Positions 50,496-62,276 of a DNA stretch of 64,000 nt are shown here, one piece after another. The position numbers were made by a program, and so were the translations under genes. The DNA is taken from positions 56,374 through 120,373 of the forward strand of contig FR881490.1 of NCBI GenBank assembly GCA_000434835.1, written 5' to 3'. Origin of the DNA: Clostridium sp. CAG:594. GTDB lineage: Bacteria > Bacillota_I > Bacilli_A > RF39 > UBA660. Positions within the stretch are counted from its first letter, which is position 1. Each line of letters begins with the position of its first letter. A model generated the notes under the pieces. The model was not told where the DNA came from. It ran no database searches and was given only the letters and a program-made list of their open reading frames with translations.

Positions 50496-53400
50496 TGTTA
50501 GATGCAAATAGATTTGAAGGAATTAAAATATCTATCGCTTCACCCGAACAAATCCGTGAATGGTCTTATGGAGAAGTAAAAAAACCAGAAACAATAAACT
50601 ATCGTACTTTAAAACCAGAAAGAGATGGTTTATTCTGTGAAAAAATCTTTGGACCTACAAAGGATTATGAATGTGCTTGTGGTAAATATAAAAGATTAAG
50701 ATATAAGGATATTGTATGTGATAGATGTGGAGTAGAAGTTACTAAGTCTAAAGTTCGCCGTGAACGTATGGGTCATATCGAACTTGCTACCCCAGTATCT
50801 CACATCTGGTTCTTTAAAGGTGTACCAAGCCGTATGGGATTAGTACTTGATATGTCTCCAAGAGACTTAGAAGAAGTATTATACTTTGTATCATACGTAG
50901 TTATTAATCCAGGTGCAGCTCCACTTGAAAAGAAACAAACCTTATCAGATAAAGAATATCGTGCATACTATGAAAAGTATGGAAATACTTTTGAAGTAGG
51001 TATGGGAGCTGAAGCTATATTAAAACTTTTAAAAGAAATAGATGTTAAAGCTGAAATAGCAAAAATAGAAGAAGAATTAGAAGGTGCTTCAGAACAAAAG
51101 AGAACAAGATTATTAAAGAGATTAGATATATTAGATTCTTTTGATAAATCAGGAAATAAACCTGAATGGATGATATTAACAGCACTTCCTGTTATACCTC
51201 CAGAGTTAAGACCAATGATTCAATTAGATGGTGGTCGTTTTGCAACAAGTGATTTGAACGATTTGTATAGACGTGTTATTAACCGTAATAATCGTTTAAA
51301 GAAATTACTTGAATTAAATGCTCCTTCAATCATTGTTCAAAATGAAAAAAGAATGCTTCAAGAAGCAGTTGATGCTTTATTTGATAACGGAAGACGTGGT
51401 AGAAATGTTACTGGTCCATCAAATAGACCACTTAAATCAATTTCTTCTATGTTAAAAGGTAAACAAGGTCGTTTCCGTCAAAACTTACTTGGTAAGCGTG
51501 TTGACTATTCTGGACGTAGTGTTATTGCTGTTGGACCAGAACTTAAGATGTATCAATGTGGTATTCCTAAAGAAATGGCACTTGAATTATTCAAACCACA
51601 CGTTATTCATGGTTTAGTAGAAAGAGATATTGTTCACAATATTAAATCTGCTAAAAAGATGATTGAAAATCAAGATGAAAGAGTATGGGACGTTGTTGAA
51701 GATGTTATTAAAGAACATCCTGTAATGTTAAACCGTGCTCCAACACTTCACAGATTAGGTATTCAAGCATTTGAACCTAAGTTAGTAAGTGGTAAGGCTA
51801 TTAGATTACACCCACTTGTTTGTGCTGGATTTAACGCAGACTTTGATGGTGACCAAATGGCTGTTCACGTACCACTTTCTGAAGCAGCACAAGCTGAAGC
51901 AAGATTACTTATGCTATCTTCAAATAATATACTAGACCCAAAAGATGGTAAACCAATCGTTACTCCATCACAAGATATGGTTTTAGGTAACTATTACATA
52001 ACTACTGAAAAACCTGGTGATAAAGGAGAAGGTAGAGTATTTAAGAACGCTAACGAAGCTATTGAAGCATATGAAAGAAGAGAAGTTACTCTTCATGCAA
52101 GAATAGCATTACCAGCAAAATCACTTAAATATAATACATTTACTGATGAACAAAAAGAAATGTATTTGGTAACTACTGTTGGTAAGTTATTATTTAATGA
52201 AATATTACCAGATGGATTCCAATATATTAATGAACCTACTAAAGCTAATTATGAAGGATTTACTCCTATGGCTCACTTCTTAAAGAGAGGTTCTAATATT
52301 CCAGAAGAAATTAAGAAGAAAGAAATTAATAAACCTTTCGCTAAGGGTGACTTAAAGAAGATAATTGCACAAGTATTTAAACGTTATAAAACAACTGAAA
52401 CTTCAATATATCTAGATAAATTAAAGAACTTAGGATTTAAGTATTCTACTTTATCAGGTATTTCAATTTCAATTGCGGACGTTGTAAAAAGTGAACACAA
52501 AAACGAAATTATTGATAAATCTCAAAAGGTTGTTGACACAATAAATAAACAATATAGACGTGGTTTAATAACTGATAGAGAACGTTATGAAAAAGTTTGT
52601 GAAGTATGGAATAATACAACAAGCGAAGTAGAAAAAGAATTAAAACAAAAAGTACAAACTTTAACAGATAACCCAATTATGATGATGGTTAACTCTGGTG
52701 CTCGTGGTTCTATTGGACAATATAACCAGATGGCAGGTATGCGTGGACTTCTTGCAAAACCAAATGGTGATGCAGTAGAAATTCCAGTTACATCTTCATT
52801 CGTTGATGGATTATCAGTATCTGAATACTTTATATCTACTCACGGAACTCGTAAAGGTAATGCCGATACAGCACTTAAGACAGCTGACTCTGGTTACTTA
52901 ACAAGACGTTTAGTTGATGTTGTTCAAGATGTTATCGTAAGAGAAGAAGATTGTGGTACTATTCAAGGTGTTGTTGTTAAAGCATTCGTTGATGAATCAG
53001 ATGGCACTGTAATAGAAAGTCTTCATGAACGTATAACTGGTAGATATACAAACAAAAAAGTTGTTGATCCAGAAACTAAGCAATTAATTATAGACAAAAA
53101 TGAATTAATTACTGAACCAATCGCTGACAAGATTGATAAGGCAGGAATTACAGAAGTTGAAATAAGAACTGCTTTAACTTGTAAGACAGAAAATGGTGTA
53201 TGTAAACATTGTTATGGTATTAACCTTGCAACTGGTAACATTGCTGAAATAGGTGAAGCTGTTGGTATTATGGCAGCTCAATCTATCGGTGAACCAGGTA
53301 CACAGCTTACAATGCGTACATTCCACAATGGTGGAGTTGCATCAGGAGCAGATATAACTCAAGGTTTACCTCGTGTACAAGAGTTATTTGAAGCTAGAAA

Positions 53401-54127
53401 TCCAAAGGCTAAATCTACAATTGCTGAAATAGATGGTAAGATAACTAAGATAGATGAAGTAAATGGTAAATATAAAATTGCTATTACTAATGACGTAGAA
53501 ACAAGAGAACATACAACTAACTATGGTGTTAAACTTTGTGTTGAATTAGGACAAAGCGTAAAAGCAGGAGATAAGTTAAACGTTGGTTCTGTAAATCCAA
53601 AAGAATTACTTGCGGTAACTGACCCAATAACTGCACAAAACTATATTCTATCTGAAGTACAAAAAGTTTATAAATCACAAGGTGTTGATGTTTCAGATAA
53701 GCACATTGAAATACTTGCTCGTCGTATGATTGCTCGTATTAAGATAGTTGATGGTGGAGAAACTGAATTAGTTGATGGTAAATTAGTTTCAATGCACGAA
53801 TTTACTAGAATTAATAAGGAAGCTATTATAAATGGTAAGAAACCAGCAACTGGTCGTCCAATAATGCTTGGTATAACTAAGGCATCGTTAGAAACTGATT
53901 CATTCTTATCGGCAGCATCATTCCAAGAAACTACTCGTATCTTAACTGATGCATCAATTAAAGGTAAGGTTGATAATTTAACAGGTCTTAAAGAAAATGT
54001 TATTATTGGTAAGTTAATACCAGCAGGTACAGGTTCTAAATATTATTCTAATGTTAAATATTCTCTTGAAAGTGAACAAGTAGAAGATGATGCATTAGAT
54101 GTATTAGAAGATCAATTAACAGATTAA
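50495..54127 (+). CDS. rpoC: DNA-directed RNA polymerase subunit beta'
   Basis: 1210 aa with the Zn finger CxxC…CxxC and the NADFDGD catalytic motif. Confidence 0.97.
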
Positions 54128-54155
54128 GAAAGTCAAATTTGACTTTCTTTTTTTA
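54128..54155 (+). terminator. Rho-independent terminator after rpoC
   Basis: GAAAGTCAAATTTGACTTTC perfect hairpin followed by T7. Confidence 0.6.
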
Positions 54156-54229
54156 AATATTTATAAAAAAAATATATAGAATATGGAGTTTTTTTCTTTT
54201 TGTGTTACAATATACGTTAAGGTGATTTT

Positions 54230-55558
54230 ATGAAAGATGTTTATAAGTTTCTGGATTCTTTACATATAAAAAAGGAAGATATTATAACAGTTGCAGTATC
54301 TTATGGACCAGATTCTATGTTTTTACTTAATTTATTAAATAATAAATATAAAGAAAATAAAATTATTTGTTGTCACGTGCATCATAATCATAGAAAAGAA
54401 AGTGATTTAGAAAAGGAAAATCTAGAAAAATTTTGTATGAAAAATAATATTATTTTTGAATTTATGAAAATAGATAAATATAAGAATAATAAGTTTACTG
54501 AAGAAGAAGCAAGAGAAAAAAGGTATGAATTCTTTGATGAAGTACTAAAAAAATATAATTCTAAGTATTTATTTACAGCTCATCATGGGGATGATTTGGT
54601 TGAAACGATTCTTATGAAAATATCTAGAGGTTCTACGATTAAAGGTTATAGTGGAATAAATCTAATATCTAAAAGGGATAATTATTCTATTATAAGACCT
54701 TTATTGTATTTAACAAAAGATGATATAAATAAAGATTGTATAAAAGAAAATATTCCTTTTGCTGTGGATAACTCTAATACAAGTGATGAATATAAGAGAA
54801 ATAGGTACAGAAAGTATGTTTTGCCTAAATTAAAAGATGAAAATAAACTTATCCACAGGAAATTTATAGATTTTTCATTAGAATTAAAAAAATATGATGA
54901 TTATGTATCTAAAATGGTATTAAAGATTTATCCTAAGGTAGTTAAGGATAATAATTTGGATATTTCTTTGTTGTTGAAAGAAGATGATTTAATAATAGAG
55001 AAAGTACTAGAAAAATATTTATTTTATATGTATAAAAAAGACATAGGAAAAGTAACTTCTAAAAATAAAAAAGACATCTTAAAAATGATAAAAAGTAAAA
55101 GACCTAATAGTACATTATCAATGCCAAACAATAAAAAAATAATAAAAGACTATAATAAGATATATTTCGCGGATGATATAACTTATAATAATTGGTGTTT
55201 TACGTTTGATAAAGAACTTCATTTACCTAATGGATACGTAATAAAAAAGATAGATAAACTAAATAATACAACTAATTTTTATGCAGCGTTTAACTCATCT
55301 GAAATATCACTTCCTATTATTGTTAGAACTAAAAACGATGGTGATAGGATAAGCGTCTTAAATCTATCTGGGTTTAAAAAGTTAAAGGATATATACATAG
55401 ATGAAAAACTTAGTATGAAACAAAGGCATAATCAGCCCGTTGTAACAGATAGTAATAATGAAATAATATGGCTTCCAGGCCTTAAAAAATCTAAATATGA
55501 TAGGTCAAAAAGAGGAAACTATGATATAATATTAGAGTATTACAAGGAGGAACAATAA
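54230..55558 (+). CDS. tilS: tRNA(Ile)-lysidine synthetase
   Basis: PP-loop variant SYGPDSM and the TilS C-terminal domain. Confidence 0.85.
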   Translation: MKDVYKFLDSLHIKKEDIITVAVSYGPDSMFLLNLLNNKYKENKIICCHVHHNHRKESDLEKENLEKFCMKNNIIFEFMKIDKYKNNKFTEEEAREKRYEFFDEVLKKYNSKYLFTAHHGDDLVETILMKISRGSTIKGYSGINLISKRDNYSIIRPLLYLTKDDINKDCIKENIPFAVDNSNTSDEYKRNRYRKYVLPKLKDENKLIHRKFIDFSLELKKYDDYVSKMVLKIYPKVVKDNNLDISLLLKEDDLIIEKVLEKYLFYMYKKDIGKVTSKNKKDILKMIKSKRPNSTLSMPNNKKIIKDYNKIYFADDITYNNWCFTFDKELHLPNGYVIKKIDKLNNTTNFYAAFNSSEISLPIIVRTKNDGDRISVLNLSGFKKLKDIYIDEKLSMKQRHNQPVVTDSNNEIIWLPGLKKSKYDRSKRGNYDIILEYYKEEQ

Positions 55559-57544
55559 ATGCAGAATAATCAAAATATGAAAAAGGGAATGTTTCCTTAT
55601 GTAATGTTATTAGTAATTGGTCTTGCCATAATGTTTTTATATAACATGACTAATAATATGAATAAGGAATTAACATATAATGAGTTTAATAAGGCATTAA
55701 ATAAAAATAATATTAAAGAAGTTGTTATAACGCCTTCTACGCAAGCTTACACATACCAATTAACAGGTACGCTAAGAGATTCTAAAAAAGGAGAAACATT
55801 TAGTGTTAAAACACCACTTTCTGATACTGTTATTAAACAAATAGTAAGTGCAAGTGAGAAAAAGGACTTTAAGATAGTATCTAAATCAGATCCTACATCA
55901 AGTACTTGGTTTATGTTTTTAACTAACATACTTCCTTACATAGTTTTAATTGGTATTGCATTTTGGTTCTTTACAAAGCAACTAGGTGGTCAAAAAGGAT
56001 CAATGGACTTTGGAAGAAGTAGGGCTAAATTAAATCCTGATAAGGGAAAAGTAACATTTAAGGATGTTGCAGGATTACCAGAAGAAAAAGAAGAGTTACA
56101 AGAGTTAATTGATTTTCTAAAAAATCCAAAGAAATTTACTAAATTAGGAGCTAGAATACCTAAAGGTGTTTTACTTGTAGGTCCTCCAGGAACTGGTAAA
56201 ACATTACTTGCTAAGGCAGTTGCAGGAGAAGCAAACGCACCATTTTACTTTATATCTGGTTCTGATTTCGTTGAATTATACGTTGGTATTGGAGCATCAA
56301 GAGTAAGAGATATGTTTAAGCAAGCAAAGCAAAATGCACCTTGTCTAATATTTATTGATGAAATCGATGCAGTAGGTCGTCAACGTGGTACAGGTATTGG
56401 TGGAGGCCATGATGAAAGAGAGCAAACTCTTAACCAATTATTAACTGAAATGGATGGCTTTGGAGCAAACGAAGGAATTATAATAATTGCTGCAACTAAC
56501 AGACCTGACGTACTTGATCCAGCACTTTTAAGACCAGGAAGATTTGATAGGCAAGTAACTGTTGCTCTTCCAGAACAAAAAGCAAGGGAAGAAATATTAA
56601 AAGTACACGCAAGAAATAAAATATTATCTAAAAACGTACACTTAGATAATATTGCAAAAAGAACAGTTGGTTTTTCTGGAGCTGATTTAGAGAACTTACT
56701 TAATGAGGCTGCATTACTTGCGGTTAGAAGAGAAAAAAATGCTATTACAATGTCTGAAATAGATGAGGCAATAGATAGAGTTATCATGGGACCTGCTAAG
56801 GTAACTAAAAAATATACTAAAGAAGAAAAGAAGTTAGTAGCATATCATGAAGCTGGACACGCTGTATTAGGAATAAAATTAGATAATGCAAATGATGTTC
56901 AAAAGGTAACTATTATTCCACGTGGTCAGGCTGGTGGATATAACTTAATGCTTCCAAAAGAAGAAAAATATACAGCAACTAAAACAGAATTATTAGAACA
57001 AATAATGGGATTACTTGGTGGTCGTGTTGCGGAAGAAGTTGTGTTTGGTGAAATAACAACGGGAGCGCACAATGACTTTTCAAAGGCAACAAAGATTGCT
57101 AGAAGCATGGTAACAGAATATGGAATGTCTAGTCTAGGACCAGTTCAATTAGAAACTCCAGAAGGAAGTTCTTTCTTAGGAAGAGATTATAATAAAAATA
57201 GAAACTTCTCTGACCAAGTAGCATTAGAAATAGATAATGAAGTTAGAAAAATAATTAATGATTGTTATAGTAAAGCTAAAAAGATAATAGAAAAAAATAG
57301 AGATTTACTTGATTTAATAGCTTCTAACTTAATTGAGCACGAAACATTAACAAAAGAACAAATCGATTACATAGCAGAAAATGGTAAGATGCCAGTTGAG
57401 GAAATGCTAGATGATGTAAACCTTTCAAAACTAAAAGAAATGGCTAAGGCTCAAGGGATTAAAGGTTATTCTTCAATGAATAAAGATGAACTTAAAAAGG
57501 CTTTATCAAATGATTCATCAGAAGAAGAGAAAAAAGACGACTAA
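55559..57544 (+). CDS. ftsH: ATP-dependent zinc metalloprotease FtsH, with a C-terminal Rho_N/SAP-like tail
   Basis: Walker [12 protein letters not shown], and HEAGH zinc motif. The tail is [28 protein letters not shown]. Confidence 0.95.
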   Translation: MQNNQNMKKGMFPYVMLLVIGLAIMFLYNMTNNMNKELTYNEFNKALNKNNIKEVVITPSTQAYTYQLTGTLRDSKKGETFSVKTPLSDTVIKQIVSASEKKDFKIVSKSDPTSSTWFMFLTNILPYIVLIGIAFWFFTKQLGGQKGSMDFGRSRAKLNPDKGKVTFKDVAGLPEEKEELQELIDFLKNPKKFTKLGARIPKGVLLVGPPGTGKTLLAKAVAGEANAPFYFISGSDFVELYVGIGASRVRDMFKQAKQNAPCLIFIDEIDAVGRQRGTGIGGGHDEREQTLNQLLTEMDGFGANEGIIIIAATNRPDVLDPALLRPGRFDRQVTVALPEQKAREEILKVHARNKILSKNVHLDNIAKRTVGFSGADLENLLNEAALLAVRREKNAITMSEIDEAIDRVIMGPAKVTKKYTKEEKKLVAYHEAGHAVLGIKLDNANDVQKVTIIPRGQAGGYNLMLPKEEKYTATKTELLEQIMGLLGGRVAEEVVFGEITTGAHNDFSKATKIARSMVTEYGMSSLGPVQLETPEGSSFLGRDYNKNRNFSDQVALEIDNEVRKIINDCYSKAKKIIEKNRDLLDLIASNLIEHETLTKEQIDYIAENGKMPVEEMLDDVNLSKLKEMAKAQGIKGYSSMNKDELKKALSNDSSEEEKKDD

Positions 57545-57562
57545 TTGCTAGTCGTTTTTTCT
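57536..57562 (+). terminator. ftsH terminator, left copy of a ~26-nt direct repeat (ACGACTAATTGCTAGTCGTTTTTT)
   Basis: ACGACTA-attgc-TAGTCGT hairpin that includes the ftsH stop codon, followed by T6. Confidence 0.6.
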
Positions 57563-57628
57563 TTATATAAAAATAAATGTATGATATAATTAATGTGATT
57601 ATAGATACGATAGTTTGGAGGTTTTAAT

Positions 57629-58207
57629 ATGACGTATGAAGAAATTACTAATAAAATACTTGGAATGTTTAGTAAGGATATGGCACCCGAAGAAAGAAAA
57701 TTACTTATTATGTTATATGATACTTGTACTTATAATAAAGATTGGGATGATGAGCCAACATTTAGTTTGTTAAGAGTTAAAACGTCATTTGATAATATCA
57801 CCAAAAAAATGTCTAGCATATTTAATATAAAATCAAGTAGATTAAAATATGTTGATTCCGATCTTTATGATAAGGATATGTCTAATTTACATGTTGATAT
57901 GGAAAGTTTAAATAAAATAAGAGAGAATACTCACGAATTTAAACATAATTCTGAAAATAAAAGAGATACATTTGATAAGTTTAAAATTGAATTAATGGAA
58001 GATTATATAATGTTAGAAGATTGTATTCAAAATTACAGTGATGATAATAAAATTTTAAAAGCAAAAATTATGAAATTATTAACAGATATGGAAATACTAC
58101 TAGGTTTACCAGTAACATTTACATCAAAAATTCCAATGTGTGTTAGTGAGATTATTGAAAAAGAAAAAAAACAAGAACAAAAAGGTGGTGTAACTCATGT
58201 TAAATGA
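57629..58207 (+). CDS. Hypothetical protein (island gene 1, 192 aa)
   Basis: ORF with a GGAGG RBS. No recognisable domain. Its 3' end overlaps gene 2. Confidence 0.5.
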   Translation: MTYEEITNKILGMFSKDMAPEERKLLIMLYDTCTYNKDWDDEPTFSLLRVKTSFDNITKKMSSIFNIKSSRLKYVDSDLYDKDMSNLHVDMESLNKIRENTHEFKHNSENKRDTFDKFKIELMEDYIMLEDCIQNYSDDNKILKAKIMKLLTDMEILLGLPVTFTSKIPMCVSEIIEKEKKQEQKGGVTHVK

Positions 58208-60017
58208 CATATTATATGAAATTAAAAATAAATATGAAAAAGATATTGATACCTTATCTGACAATGTAGTTGCATTACAAAATAGTTTGAACGATGAAAT
58301 AAATATTAACAGCGCAATAAGAAACTTTATAGAAGAATATAGGTCATCACATAAAATTAATTTTGATATTCTTGAGCCTTATAGAAAACTTTTGATTGAA
58401 CGTGGAATAATAGAGGATAAAGATTATAAAAATCTAATAAAGATAAAGGAAGAGTTAGAAGTTGATTTTCCTGAAAAAACTATAAAAATAAAAGAAGAAT
58501 TAAGCAAACTAGTAAATAGTTGTAATTCATATTCGATGAATCATACAAAAAAATATCAGTTGATAGTTAAGGAAAAGTCGAATTTTGAATATATAGCAAG
58601 TGGGAAAAAGGAAGAATTAAGTAATATTAATATGTTACTTGAAGGAAAGATTTTTGATGAAAATATATATGACACCATAAATGATATACCATATATTAAA
58701 CCTGAAGAAAAAGAAGAAATTTATTTTAATATAACTCTTAATGGAATTAAAACTTTTAATTCATATATTTCAATGGAAGCTAAAAAACAGGAAGAATATA
58801 AAAAGCAAAAAATGCTTAATGAGGCAAGGAAAGTTAATCGTAAAAGAAAACAAAATATAGAGTTAGATAAAAAAGTAAATCATAGTGAAGAAAATCTAGT
58901 TGGTTTATCAGATGAAGAATTAGATCTTATAAAACGAGCTGAGAAAATAGTAAATGAAAATAACACTGAAAATGATGCTTTTTTAAAGACTTTGGTTGGA
59001 TTAGATTATATTGAAATGTTAGATTATATTGAAGGAACAAAAAATGTAGAAGAAAAAATAGCTATTGTATTAAAACAACAACTAATTCCTCAATTAAAGG
59101 CTGGAAAATTAGTAAATGCAAAAAAAGTTTTAGAAACTTATATATCAAAATATAATTTTATTAAAGAATCAAATATTCCTGAAAATAAGTTGAAACGAGT
59201 TGGAAAGGAATATGTTTTACAAACTATGGATATGGCCAAAAATATGCTTCAAAATTTAGATAAAGAAGGTGGTTATTATTCTTATATAGAAAAGCCATTG
59301 TTGGATATGGAGTATGCTATTGAATCTGATGAAGTACTTAATGATCCTTATTTTGATGAACTATATGATACATTGAAGAACGCCATAAACTATGTTTCCG
59401 AACTAATGAATAGTAATAATATAGAACAAGAGCAGAATTCTGAGAAACAAGTCTCTGATCTTGAATTTTATGGTAAAGATACCAATAATTTAATTATATT
59501 TGCAGATGGGATAGATTTATCAAAACAAATTGATGAAAATGAAACATTAAATTTTTCTCATAAAAAGAAAGTTTTGAAAGCTTTAGAAAAAATGTCCAAA
59601 GATCCTAATATATTAATTACTTCAAACCATAAAGTTAAAGATAATATAAATAAAGATAAATATAAGTTTTTAAGAAGCTATAAATCTTCTGATTATAGAA
59701 TTGTTTATAGAGTGTTTGCTGCATCAGGGCTAAGCAAATTATATGGTAAGAAGATGAATGTGGTATTTCCTATTCGTGTATTTTATGGAGCAACAGATGA
59801 AAAAGATGCTGATTTTAAAAAGGCTAAGCAAATGTATGGTACGGTTCATAAAGAAATAGAAAAATATATAGAAATTTTGAATTCTGATGACTATGATGAT
59901 ATAAAAGATATTGTATCAGAACAAAAAAAGAAAATTGATAAATTTATAAAGGATAGTGATCCTAAAAATCCAGGGGATTCAGGTATTGGTTCATTAGGAG
60001 GTGGTAGTGATGAATAA
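58197..60017 (+). CDS. Hypothetical 606-aa protein (island gene 2): long K/E-rich N-terminal region plus a C-terminal RelE/ParE-like domain
   Basis: The C-terminus LNFSHKKKVLKALEKMSKDPN…KYKFLRSYKSSDYRIVYRV…MNVVFPIRVFYGATDEKD has a RelE/ParE-superfamily pattern (…kkl.kk…L…dP…R…dYRiiYri…vv.ilrigh). AAAGGTGGTG RBS. Overlaps genes 1 and 3. Confidence 0.5.
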   Translation: MLNDILYEIKNKYEKDIDTLSDNVVALQNSLNDEININSAIRNFIEEYRSSHKINFDILEPYRKLLIERGIIEDKDYKNLIKIKEELEVDFPEKTIKIKEELSKLVNSCNSYSMNHTKKYQLIVKEKSNFEYIASGKKEELSNINMLLEGKIFDENIYDTINDIPYIKPEEKEEIYFNITLNGIKTFNSYISMEAKKQEEYKKQKMLNEARKVNRKRKQNIELDKKVNHSEENLVGLSDEELDLIKRAEKIVNENNTENDAFLKTLVGLDYIEMLDYIEGTKNVEEKIAIVLKQQLIPQLKAGKLVNAKKVLETYISKYNFIKESNIPENKLKRVGKEYVLQTMDMAKNMLQNLDKEGGYYSYIEKPLLDMEYAIESDEVLNDPYFDELYDTLKNAINYVSELMNSNNIEQEQNSEKQVSDLEFYGKDTNNLIIFADGIDLSKQIDENETLNFSHKKKVLKALEKMSKDPNILITSNHKVKDNINKDKYKFLRSYKSSDYRIVYRVFAASGLSKLYGKKMNVVFPIRVFYGATDEKDADFKKAKQMYGTVHKEIEKYIEILNSDDYDDIKDIVSEQKKKIDKFIKDSDPKNPGDSGIGSLGGGSDE

Positions 60018-61794
60018 TTTAAAAGATTTAATTGTATTATTAGAAAAGGAAATTCGTTATACTTCAAATGATAAAATAAAAAAGTTGGAACTTGCATCAG
60101 AAAAACTGAATTCTCCAATGAACTACACTAAAGAATCAATAGAAAATTTAAATGAAATATTAATAGATGAGGTTCGTTTAACAGAAGATGAGTTAGATAG
60201 AATTCGTAATTTTGCTAAGTTGAGCGATACTGCTAAAAAATATTATCTTCATGATGCATACTCAGAGGAAGATAAAGTACTTTATTCGATACCAGAAAGA
60301 ATTAATAAAAGTAAAGAATTTTACCAAAGTAAAAAAATAGGGGAAATTAATGTAAAAAAATTAAAAAGAAAACTAACCGGTAAATTAAATGAACTAATTA
60401 ATGAAGATGAAATAAATATTATTAATAACTGCCTTAAGAAAAATAATATTTCAGGAAAAAACATCTGGAAAGAAATACATAAAATCAATTTTAATATATT
60501 TAAAAATTACAATATAAATACGCAAGAGTTAGGAACTATTGTTTTAGAAGAAACTAATGTAGATGAAAAAGAGCTTGTTAAGCTATTAGCTTCTTATGGC
60601 ATTGATTTTTCTGAGTTTACAAAAAATGATAAAAGTACATTATTGTTGTATGCTGATTTAGGAAAGATAGATGAATTGTTGAAATTCTTGCAAGATGAAA
60701 ACGCTCTTACTACTAAGTTGACAAAATACACTGGTATTTTAACTTTGATGTTTATTAGAACTTCACTTCAAGATTTAATAAATTTAAAAGAGTCGACAAT
60801 TGGTATTGATTTTAAAGATCTTGTTAGTATTTTTCCGACAGCACTATATCCAAATGTACGCACTTATTCAAGAAAAAAAATAATAGGTTCAGAATTCATT
60901 CAGACACAAGAAAGTGGATTATTAACCACAATTCAAAAAAATGCTCAACTTATGAATGAAAATGGTATAGATATTCAGTATGTCTGGGATGAATGTCCTT
61001 CTTTCCTTAAACAGAGTAATAGTGCAAATAAAGATAATATTGCTGGATTAAAATCTTACGGGATTTCGTTACTTGATGAAAATGGTAAACCTAAAAAAAT
61101 GCTTAGTGTACTAGGTAATAGAAACCCAAGTATGATAGATATTTATGATACTGCATTAGAAGCGGATGCTAAAGAATATGCCCTTAATAATTTATCTAGT
61201 TTGGCTCCATCGACAAGATATAAATTTAATTTGATAAAAGCTGCGAAAGCACTAGGCATGCCTGATTCTGATATTTTTAGAGGTTATAGAGCACCTAATA
61301 GAGAGTTATCATTAAATCTAAAAAAATTATCCTTAAATCCTCGCCTTTCAACTGATATAGACAAACAAAATGAACTTTATGGTAAGGTTAATATAGAGAT
61401 ACCAAATTTTAGAGTATATGATAATTTATTTGATATAGTAAATCCTATAAATGTATCAGAAGAAGTATTAGACGATAAAAATATTAAAGCTATTGAAAGA
61501 TTTAAAGAATCAGAAGAGCTTTATAATTTTAATGGAGTTAAAATATCGAGAAGAAAGGTTTTAAGGCTCTATAGTACTTTAATGCAAAATGATAAGTCAG
61601 ATGAAATGGATGCTTTATTATATTGTATAACTTATGGCAGTATGTTAGATAAAAATGAATTAAGAAATATTTATAGTTTGGTAAAAAAGGTATGTAATTT
61701 TAATAATGTTTCTAGTTTTGATGTTAATACAACTAGTTATGTTGATATAAAAAATGAGGCAAAAGCTATGGTAAATGGAGGTAAAAATGGTTAA
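60010..61794 (+). CDS. Hypothetical protein (island gene 3, ~594 aa)
   Basis: ATG 9 nt after a GGAGG RBS, embedded in the end of gene 2. No recognisable domain and no Walker motif. Confidence 0.5.
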   Translation: MNNLKDLIVLLEKEIRYTSNDKIKKLELASEKLNSPMNYTKESIENLNEILIDEVRLTEDELDRIRNFAKLSDTAKKYYLHDAYSEEDKVLYSIPERINKSKEFYQSKKIGEINVKKLKRKLTGKLNELINEDEINIINNCLKKNNISGKNIWKEIHKINFNIFKNYNINTQELGTIVLEETNVDEKELVKLLASYGIDFSEFTKNDKSTLLLYADLGKIDELLKFLQDENALTTKLTKYTGILTLMFIRTSLQDLINLKESTIGIDFKDLVSIFPTALYPNVRTYSRKKIIGSEFIQTQESGLLTTIQKNAQLMNENGIDIQYVWDECPSFLKQSNSANKDNIAGLKSYGISLLDENGKPKKMLSVLGNRNPSMIDIYDTALEADAKEYALNNLSSLAPSTRYKFNLIKAAKALGMPDSDIFRGYRAPNRELSLNLKKLSLNPRLSTDIDKQNELYGKVNIEIPNFRVYDNLFDIVNPINVSEEVLDDKNIKAIERFKESEELYNFNGVKISRRKVLRLYSTLMQNDKSDEMDALLYCITYGSMLDKNELRNIYSLVKKVCNFNNVSSFDVNTTSYVDIKNEAKAMVNGGKNG

Positions 61795-62083
61795 TGACGA
61801 TTTAAAAAAAATAAACATTAGTAAGGAATGTTTAGAAGTAGTAAAAAATACCTTTGATTATGATACTATAGTTTCACTGGCATATAATTATGAAAATATA
61901 AATAATAATATAAAAATGTTAAAATCTTATGGTCTAAAAGACATTGATAGGTTTTTTATTGAGAAAAATCATATTTTTTTGATAAAAAGTGAATTATTAG
62001 CTAAAAAATTTTCTAAATTTAATATACCTGTTTTTATGGAAATTATAAATAATGATTATAGTGCAATAGATAAAATTTTTTAA
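61775..62083 (+). CDS. Hypothetical protein (island gene 4, ~100 aa)
   Basis: ORF overlapping the end of gene 3. Alternative start at 61787 after a GGAGG RBS. A hairpin plus T-tract follows at ~62120–62180. Confidence 0.4.
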   Translation: MEVKMVNDDLKKINISKECLEVVKNTFDYDTIVSLAYNYENINNNIKMLKSYGLKDIDRFFIEKNHIFLIKSELLAKKFSKFNIPVFMEIINNDYSAIDKIF

Positions 62084-62215
62084 TAGATAGTTATAATAAT
62101 GTAACTTAATGTTTATGTGGAAGTATCCTATTGAATGTTTTTGCTGAATTACATTTCATCATAGGACTTCTTTTTTTAGTGCCTTTTCCCTAAATTATTT
62201 AGATTATAAGAGAAT

Positions 62216-62250
62216 ATTGACATTTAAGTATTTATATGTTAGTATAAATG
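62216..62250 (+). promoter_or_regulatory. Candidate promoter for island gene 5
   Basis: TTGACA, ~17 nt, then TATAAAT. This lies inside the track's N-terminal extension of the ORF, so the real start is the downstream ATG. Confidence 0.35.
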
Positions 62251-62276
62251 GCATTTATGGGAAAAGGGGTTTTGAT

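Noticed and set aside
62217-62276. Track start of island gene 5 at 62217 (MTFKYLYVSINGIYGKRGFD…).
   Set aside because: That stretch contains a TTGACA/TATAAAT promoter-like element and no RBS. An ATG with an AAAGGGG RBS at 62277 is the more plausible start.
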